Assembly (NCBI GenBank): GCA_023228885.1
Contig: JALOAJ010000010.1
Coordinates: 1,350 to 65,349, forward strand
Direction of reading: 5' to 3'
DNA: 64,000 nt
Source: Bacillota bacterium
GTDB taxonomy: Bacteria; Bacillota; Clostridia; Monoglobales; Firm-18
Shown here in pieces: positions 58,901 through 64,000 of this stretch (its first letter is position 1; each line of letters starts with the position of its first letter). Below the pieces are notes generated by a model. The model made no database searches, was not told the origin of the DNA, and worked only from the letters and a program-made list of their open reading frames with translations. The translations under genes were made by a program, and so were the position numbers.

Positions 58901-60366
58901 GGGCGGGGCTTTGGATTGTTACCGACAGAATGGCAAGCAATGATGAACACACCTACACTCAAAAGTGGAAGTTGCCGGTAACGCCGGGCGGTCCTCGAAG
59001 GCAGGGCGGATATAAGCTGTTCGACCCGGACGATATTGTGGTTGACAAGGAAGCCTCGGCGGTGAGAACCCAACAAAAATCAGAGGCGAATATCTCAATT
59101 TACAGTTTTTGCACATCGCCTGTGACCATAGAGTCAAGAACGCAAAATATTCCCGAAAGCAACAGCTATAAGATATCCAATTTCCAAAATGTGCTCGCCA
59201 CCTTTTCGGGCGACGGCGAGCAAATACTTGTAAGCGCCATCTATCCCAGACAAACGCTGGGTGATGAGCTTAAAAGCATAGAACCTCTAAGCGCGGGCCC
59301 CGGAACCGCAGGTTTTAAGGCGGGGCTTAAAAACGGTTCTCATATAAGCTATATAGCCGGCAGCAGCGCAGGCACAAGTATGAGCATAGAGGGCATCTCG
59401 GCAGAATGCGAAAGCCTGACCGTTACAAAAAATGCAGCAGGAAAGCTGTCCGGTGTTGTTATGGGTTGTAAAAGATTTTCATTTAACGGGCAGGCTATTA
59501 ATAGTGAAGCTGATTTTGAGTTTAACTTTGAGTCCGGCATCAACATTGTTCCGATATACAGACCCATTGCTGAGGTGGAAATATCCCCCGGCGTGTCTGC
59601 CTTTGATTCGGAGCTTCAAATAGAGCTTAGCACGCCCACCGAAGGCACAACAATACGCTATACCGTTGACGGAAGCGAACCGACGGTTAAATCACCGGTA
59701 TATAATAGGCCGTTTGCAATAAGGGAAACAACTCTTGTAAAAGCAAAAGCATATCGAAAGGGCGTCAAGGACGAGGTGCTAACCCAATCGGGCACGCTGG
59801 CAACGCCTGTTTCAAGGGCGATATATATTAAAACGCCGATAAAAGAGGCAACTGACGCCATTGTTGAGGATGGGCTTGATTTTGATTATTACGAGGGGAA
59901 TTGGAAGGAGTTTATGGTTAATTTAGACAGCTTCAAGCCTTTGTTTTCCGGAAAAACAGAAAGCCTTTTTGATACTTCTCCACGAAGAACGGATGACACA
60001 TACGCCTTTAGATACAAAGGTTATTTGGACATACCGCAAGACGGCGCATATAATTTTTACGCACCGGACGAATGGCTAAAACCCAATGTTATGGAAGGGT
60101 ATGAGATTATACTGAAAATTGATGGGGAAACATGGCGCCCCACCGTTGACTGGCACAACTTTGGCGCATGGTCTGTGCCCTTGGCTCAGGGACTTCATAA
60201 ATTTGAGGTTGTATTTATCGATTTTAGATGCGGGTTTCCCCAAAAATACAACAAGCCTAATTTGACGGAATTTATTTTCTCGGGTACGCCGAAAATAGAG
60301 TTTTCAGGACCGGATATTGAGCGACAAAGCTTGCCGAACGGCATTTTAAAGAGAAACGCGGAATAA
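55915..60366 (+). CDS. secreted giant heparinase II/III-like (lyase-fold) protein with Cu-amine-oxidase-N-like, CHB_HEX_C-like and PA14-like domains; no SLH
   Basis: GTG 55915 follows the AGGAGGG RBS; signal peptide VKKFLSQLIAIVFLLQIFNPAAVAVRA. Stalk-like domain: LVPVRFIAESSGAKVGWNSETSQVTV...MLPLRSVIEAL. Toroid motifs: NPQNWSTQ and DGTDHEQNLHYDMEH. Beta-sandwich block: FGRDMLVHGEVGNYDTVQSPVLVDGQEQNY...HTRQVGFARGAGLWIVTDRM. C-terminal TIRYTVDGSEPTVKSPVY, and PA14-like GLDFDYYEGNW...YAFRYKGYLDIPQDGAYNFY. Confidence 0.75.
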   Translation: MKKFLSQLIAIVFLLQIFNPAAVAVRAAEQDYVKKLLYFNDYQKYKAGQKIFTNGNYNIEAEVDPTDEKNMTARQLFSDKATSGFVDSVALDIQETSSGTLIMEMDVMINSVKGSGVSQIMYMRCNNNNVLTLWTISPGGIGQVSPEFNQWYKMVKILNLDESTVDTLVLDNNGKILFEAKGAGMPKNIDTSIGFKNFYLRYMGSPGGENKIYVDNLKVYKADKEMFLLETEKNSKSAALNERYYSEPLQKKLLNAVVIYVGQPWSYVNNVLKLIDEENPSVTPQIVDGRTLVPVRFIAESSGAKVGWNSETSQVTVSGGGVDIKLTLGQKEMLVNGKSVKLDVAAQTIQDRTMLPLRSVIEALNKQLFWDDRGIIVVSGIKNMFDSQKDGAFLDELWKVRFGMNLSVDKTEIKDGGYADDYEQRIAAFKNRNSAEETKILADEFFAMIDLELPVLADVKEKYNLGDHSGALEAYHAFFMDWVKTLPKEYDLPFEKGSPNNQAADFLMNNTFLRGNQALFLGEPGGINWEHNKKQSSFSSEYFNSSNPMYQLYQFNGLFDRYMNTGNASLIMKWSEYIDDWCINERGYRELNPAEVGDNMRGTGVVADQIFQIKTAVNKYPATEHALPANTLARFLAKMVIEYPPVWITYMRSNPQNWSTQLASDTEVTGLILKQIGFKCAQYLIDAGRLRVESLSTVHGLKDGTDHEQNLHYDMEHLVHSIGETYTIYDTVLKGYMPDWWMNIQKDNMMRRGNFLLHMLTVEGRYPSGCRIDLRQFKGDVVKLLQQRVPELLEKPENEALLAAIPNGEAEPPFKSEWFPYGGFYNLREGWKKDSQYAFMFGSPHPANYDFRVSKGNNVLALSAFGRDMLVHGEVGNYDTVQSPVLVDGQEQNYNAGIGTWGHRHFMTTGWDNPADLRWHTSENYDFAESVYSGKFGKQNAEAASESNLVKEIDPEQYNSVYGDAIVDISFEAQQKEALNVLNSVVHTRQVGFARGAGLWIVTDRMASNDEHTYTQKWKLPVTPGGPRRQGGYKLFDPDDIVVDKEASAVRTQQKSEANISIYSFCTSPVTIESRTQNIPESNSYKISNFQNVLATFSGDGEQILVSAIYPRQTLGDELKSIEPLSAGPGTAGFKAGLKNGSHISYIAGSSAGTSMSIEGISAECESLTVTKNAAGKLSGVVMGCKRFSFNGQAINSEADFEFNFESGINIVPIYRPIAEVEISPGVSAFDSELQIELSTPTEGTTIRYTVDGSEPTVKSPVYNRPFAIRETTLVKAKAYRKGVKDEVLTQSGTLATPVSRAIYIKTPIKEATDAIVEDGLDFDYYEGNWKEFMVNLDSFKPLFSGKTESLFDTSPRRTDDTYAFRYKGYLDIPQDGAYNFYAPDEWLKPNVMEGYEIILKIDGETWRPTVDWHNFGAWSVPLAQGLHKFEVVFIDFRCGFPQKYNKPNLTEFIFSGTPKIEFSGPDIERQSLPNGILKRNAE

Positions 60367-60417
60367 CCGCTTTATGCCGCCGCAATACCTTTGGGTTCAT
60401 ATGCGGCGGCAAAGCGG
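60367..60417 (+). terminator. strong intercistronic stem-loop between the two lyase-fold genes
   Basis: CCGCTTTATGCCGCCGCA, a 17-nt loop, then TGCGGCGGCAAAGCGG (16 bp with a 2-nt bulge), starting right after the stop at 60366. An A/T-rich tail follows but no clean U-tract, so this could be an attenuator or stabiliser rather than a full terminator. Confidence 0.4.
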
Positions 60418-60449
60418 ATAAAATAATGATTTTGCGATTGGAGGGGCTT

Positions 60450-63400
60450 ATGAAAAACAAGGCTATTTCGCTAATTATGGCGCTCATTTTCGTGTCGGCG
60501 GTTATACCGACGGGCACTTATGCTATCGGTGATACGGTTTTAGCAGATTATGAAAACAAAAGCATTGGCGATATTTTATATCGGGTAAGCAATTATAACG
60601 TTACCGTAGCGGCAGACCCGGAAGAGCCCTTGAACAAGGTGTCAATGCAGGTTTTCAGTCAAAATACCCCTTCCGGCTATATGCCTGATATCAACTTTTC
60701 CCCCGCTGCAACGGGGGAAATTCTTATTACCGAGCGTGTGCGTTTTGAAGGCACAGTTTTCAATATGCAATATTTGATGAACGCGCGCACAAAAGCAAAT
60801 AACGCTCTTGTCAATCTTTGGACGGTAAACAACACCGCTGATGGCGGCATTAAAAACAATGTGTGGTACACTCTTGAGCTTAGTGTGGTTGTGGAAAGCG
60901 GGAGGTATGAGTTTAGAGTAATAGATAAAAAACAAAACTTGGTTGTAAAGAGCAACTCCGGAACATTCGGCGGTGCAGGCGCGGATTTTTCGCAGGGGCT
61001 GTCGCACATGTCTGTAAGGTATATCGGTTCCGTACCGTCGGGCGGCAGTGGCAGGATATATCGTGACGATTTGGCGCTTTTGCGCAAAGGTCTTTACCAT
61101 ATTGCCGACGATGCCCTTTGTCAAGCTGAAGTTTCAAGAAACCGGGCGGAAGTCTTTAAAGCGGAGGAGCTTATTAAAGCTGTGAATGCGGATGAAAGGG
61201 CAGGGCTTACCGAAAGATTGAACCTGCTCAAGGCGCAAATGCAAAGCTTTTTAATGCGGGAAGATTATTCCGATTTTGAACTTGGCGAACTTATATATGA
61301 AGGCGATGGCGTTGCGGCGATTGCAAGCAAAAGAGAAGATTTTGCGCCCTCACCCGCCGCCGAAACTGTTTTTAGCGGCGGTGTTGAACGGCAGCTTACA
61401 ATACCCTTGCCGGTATCGGATATAATCGGGTTTCAATTTATGCTGTCAAACCCTACCGAAATGCTGTCGCTAAGACTGGAGACGGCGCGCAACGATGAAA
61501 TTGGAGAGGTTGTCACAGAAATTTGCAAGGGAAGCGGCGTTTCAATGGAAAAACCCGGCGCCGTTTACATCCCCGAAAACAAAAAATGGCTATCCGCGCG
61601 GATATATCGAGAGGATAGCAGCTTAAATATCCGCATATATGATAAAGAAAAAAAGAAAACTGTATTTGCAAAAAGCGTTGAACTTTTTGATTGGGAAGGT
61701 ATCGCCTCTTTTAATTTGGTTTTGTCCGGGAAGGGCGGCGGCAATATAGTGTCGTCCGTATGGTTGGACAATCTTTCAGCTACCGCTTTTTGCGACACGG
61801 AATTGGCAGAGCTTTTTTTGGAGGAATATGAAAATAGGCATGCTTTTTCATTTTACAACGCTGAACAAAGCATAAATACCCTTGCAAACGGCACATTAAA
61901 GGAGCATTTTCTTGACCGGCTGAGTGTTGCCAAAGGAGAAACGCTTATAAGCAGGGCAGAAAAAAGTTTATCTGCCGAGGCTATTTTAGCGGCATGGGAA
62001 TATATGCCAAACATAAGTTACGAGATTGATAAAACTGTTTACATAAATAAAATCAATGCGGCGGAGGAGCTTTTGCAAGCCCCCTGTCTGCTTGCGTTTG
62101 AAAACTGGCAGCAGCTAAACGACGGCGATGATATTCCTGCCAAACGCTCGGCGGTAGGGCTAAAAGCCGCTGCCGAGCATGAGGATAATATCGTGCTGCA
62201 CTCATATTCGGGGGAAAACGCTGAAATAGAGTTTCCGTTTAGAACCACAGAATATCATATGGTCGTTGAATTTCGTTATAAGGCGGAGGCGGGCGCAACC
62301 ATTGAATTGGAGGCACGGTCACAAGGTGCGGGCTACCGTTTGCTAAGCTGCGGTCATAGCGCTGTAAGCACACCTGCATCTCCTGCTTCGGGCAGCATTT
62401 CCGTTGATGCAAACCAATGGGTAAGAATTATTTTGGCTGTGGAAACAAACGGGGCGTATTCAATCTTTGCCAATGACGGAACCCCTAAAAAAATCAATAA
62501 AATACAAATGCCTGGGCTTCCGATGACTTTTGATTCTATACAGCTTACCTTCAAGGGAGAAACCGGAATGGACGATTTAACCGTTCTTGAGGTTTCAAGG
62601 TTTACCGCTCCTTCAACAAATACGGAGCAGTCGACAAGCGTTGCGGAAAGAAATTCGGATAATTCGCTCACCGCGCTGTGCAATAGCTTTTTCGAGCATA
62701 TTGATTTTGATCGCCCCGAGTTTGAATATGTAAGATATTTATATTCAAACGGTGAAAAGGAAGATGCGTTGAGGGAATATTACACCTTTTTTACCGAAAA
62801 GCTTCTTGAATTGGATAATTTGGATTGGAGCGATTTTATTTTTAATGCCGCCTCTCCCATGGCAAAAGCGCTTGCCGTCAACCTTTATTTTGGGGTGGCG
62901 GGCAGTAAAATGGACGGTGCGGTGAACTCCGCTTATATTGGCAAGCCGGGTGAGGTTGCTTGGACATCGTATGGCGGCGCCGCGTATGAATATATGAGGC
63001 ACTTTGTTCAGTTTACGCGTATGTTAAACACATACGAAGGGGAATACGGTATGGGCGAACGATTTGGTGAGTATGCGTCCGATTGGTCGATGAACCAAAA
63101 CCTGCTTTTTGACCGTCTGCCGGCAGACATTCCGGACGAAGGGCGCGGTCATCCGGATTTATTGTACTACTTTAAGCTGATGAGAACTAACTTGAAATCA
63201 GGCGGCGCTTTTTCGGATGTTCCTCCTTTTGATGCCATAAGGGTTTTAAACACGATGGTGGATGAATATATGCCTCGCGCTGCGATTTATTTTGATTCCA
63301 ACCCGCAAAACTGGACAAACGGGGGCTATGAGGCAATAGCGCTTACCGGTATGATACTTAAAAGGTTGGGCTTTACATGCGGTGATTACTTGGGCAAAAA

Positions 63401-64000
63401 GGGCATCGAGCGACTTAAAGCGTATATGACATACAGCAACCTTTCCGACGGCGCCGACCAAGAGCAAAACTTGCACTATAACCACGAATTTTTGGATTAT
63501 GCGCCCAAACTTTTAGAGAAAATAGAGTTGTTAGAGCCCGAGCTGCTGGAACCGGAGGTTAAAACGCTGTTAAAATACCAGTTCGGAGAACGCATTTCGT
63601 TTTTAACCCGAATGTTGCAAATAAACGGAACTTTCCCATCAGGCTGCCGCATTGATATGAGGGATTGGCGCTCCAATGTTTTGAAGTATGCGCGCATGTC
63701 CTTGCCCGAGGCTCTTTTGCAGCCCGATACAGCGGCAGTTTTAAATGCAACCTCCGCCAACCCGGACGGTTCTGTGCCTTCGTTTACTTCATCCGGGTAC
63801 CCATGGGGCGGGTTTTTTATGATGCGCAACAATTGGGAAAAAGACAATCAAGAAGGGCTTTTGTTTTGCTCCCCCAAGCCGGGTAATTACACCGTCAGAA
63901 CAACGAGCGGGAGCAATGTGTTCACCTTGCGCGGCTTTGGTCAGGATTTAATAGTGGCGGGCGAGGTGGGAAATTACGATACGATAAAATCGCCCGTATT
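60450..64000 (+). CDS. secreted heparinase II/III-like (lyase-fold) protein, paralog of 55915..60366 (3' end outside the window)
   Basis: Not in the ORF track because no stop falls in the window. I read this frame by eye from ATG 60450 (RBS GGAGGGG; signal peptide MKNKAISLIMALIFVSAVIPTGTYA) to 64000 and saw no stop codon. It has three beta-sandwich modules ending in RIYRDDLALL, SVWLDNLSATAF and GMDDLTVLEVSRF. Paralogous blocks follow: NPQNWTNGGYEAIALTGM, DGADQEQNLHYNHEF, FPSGCRIDMRDW, FGQDLIVAGEVGNYDTIKSPV. Confidence 0.8.
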   Translation, partial: MKNKAISLIMALIFVSAVIPTGTYAIGDTVLADYENKSIGDILYRVSNYNVTVAADPEEPLNKVSMQVFSQNTPSGYMPDINFSPAATGEILITERVRFEGTVFNMQYLMNARTKANNALVNLWTVNNTADGGIKNNVWYTLELSVVVESGRYEFRVIDKKQNLVVKSNSGTFGGAGADFSQGLSHMSVRYIGSVPSGGSGRIYRDDLALLRKGLYHIADDALCQAEVSRNRAEVFKAEELIKAVNADERAGLTERLNLLKAQMQSFLMREDYSDFELGELIYEGDGVAAIASKREDFAPSPAAETVFSGGVERQLTIPLPVSDIIGFQFMLSNPTEMLSLRLETARNDEIGEVVTEICKGSGVSMEKPGAVYIPENKKWLSARIYREDSSLNIRIYDKEKKKTVFAKSVELFDWEGIASFNLVLSGKGGGNIVSSVWLDNLSATAFCDTELAELFLEEYENRHAFSFYNAEQSINTLANGTLKEHFLDRLSVAKGETLISRAEKSLSAEAILAAWEYMPNISYEIDKTVYINKINAAEELLQAPCLLAFENWQQLNDGDDIPAKRSAVGLKAAAEHEDNIVLHSYSGENAEIEFPFRTTEYHMVVEFRYKAEAGATIELEARSQGAGYRLLSCGHSAVSTPASPASGSISVDANQWVRIILAVETNGAYSIFANDGTPKKINKIQMPGLPMTFDSIQLTFKGETGMDDLTVLEVSRFTAPSTNTEQSTSVAERNSDNSLTALCNSFFEHIDFDRPEFEYVRYLYSNGEKEDALREYYTFFTEKLLELDNLDWSDFIFNAASPMAKALAVNLYFGVAGSKMDGAVNSAYIGKPGEVAWTSYGGAAYEYMRHFVQFTRMLNTYEGEYGMGERFGEYASDWSMNQNLLFDRLPADIPDEGRGHPDLLYYFKLMRTNLKSGGAFSDVPPFDAIRVLNTMVDEYMPRAAIYFDSNPQNWTNGGYEAIALTGMILKRLGFTCGDYLGKKGIERLKAYMTYSNLSDGADQEQNLHYNHEFLDYAPKLLEKIELLEPELLEPEVKTLLKYQFGERISFLTRMLQINGTFPSGCRIDMRDWRSNVLKYARMSLPEALLQPDTAAVLNATSANPDGSVPSFTSSGYPWGGFFMMRNNWEKDNQEGLLFCSPKPGNYTVRTTSGSNVFTLRGFGQDLIVAGEVGNYDTIKSPV

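Noticed and set aside
60642-61137. Minus-strand ORFs of 160, 136 and 74 aa
   Set aside because: They lie antisense to the open plus-strand frame starting at 60450, which has a signal peptide and strong paralogy to the preceding gene.
1-64000. Search for rRNA, tRNA, CRISPR arrays or recognisable defence or toxin-antitoxin genes
   Set aside because: I saw no cloverleaf-like or rRNA-like sequence, no short identical direct repeats with spacers, and no small paired ORFs with defence-type motifs. This negative result comes from visual inspection only.

Overview
This 64-kb window comes from a low-GC, Gram-positive (Clostridia-like) chromosome. Supporting signs are GGAGG-type ribosome-binding sites, many S-layer-homology (SLH) anchors, LplABC-type sugar ABC transporters and a YesM/YesN-type two-component system. 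I saw no rRNA, tRNA or CRISPR array. Two large, paralogous surface-glycan-utilisation loci dominate the window. Locus A (minus strand, about 4.8-26.9 kb) encodes a GLUG-motif protein, a beta-helix protein, a 2200-aa SLH surface protein and a lipoprotein solute-binding protein (SBP). It also encodes two permeases, a 916-aa N-terminal-SLH protein and a 1582-aa heparinase II/III-like SLH protein. Locus B (about 40-64 kb) has a GH39 and sulfatase pair divergent from two permeases. These are followed by an AraC-type response regulator, a histidine kinase, an SBP and a 976-aa SLH protein. Locus B ends with a 915-aa paralog of the locus-A SLH protein and two giant heparinase II/III-like proteins, the last running off the window. 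Between the loci lie an orphan SBP and a promoter-led cluster (GH5-like hydrolase, transmembrane AraC regulator, FAD oxidoreductase, GH127-like Cys/Zn-motif protein). Decayed mobile elements (IS110, IS256, serine recombinase), a nonsense-inactivated SLH gene and an aldo-keto reductase are also there. The left end holds a small AT-rich island flanked by IS remnants, with an AraC regulator and two tandem QueG/RdhA-like Fe-S proteins. The most interesting candidate is the recurring pair of an uncharacterised ~915-aa SLH protein and a giant lyase-fold protein. The locus-B lyase-fold paralogs lack the canonical His motif. All family calls rest on motif recognition by eye and need HMM or structure confirmation.
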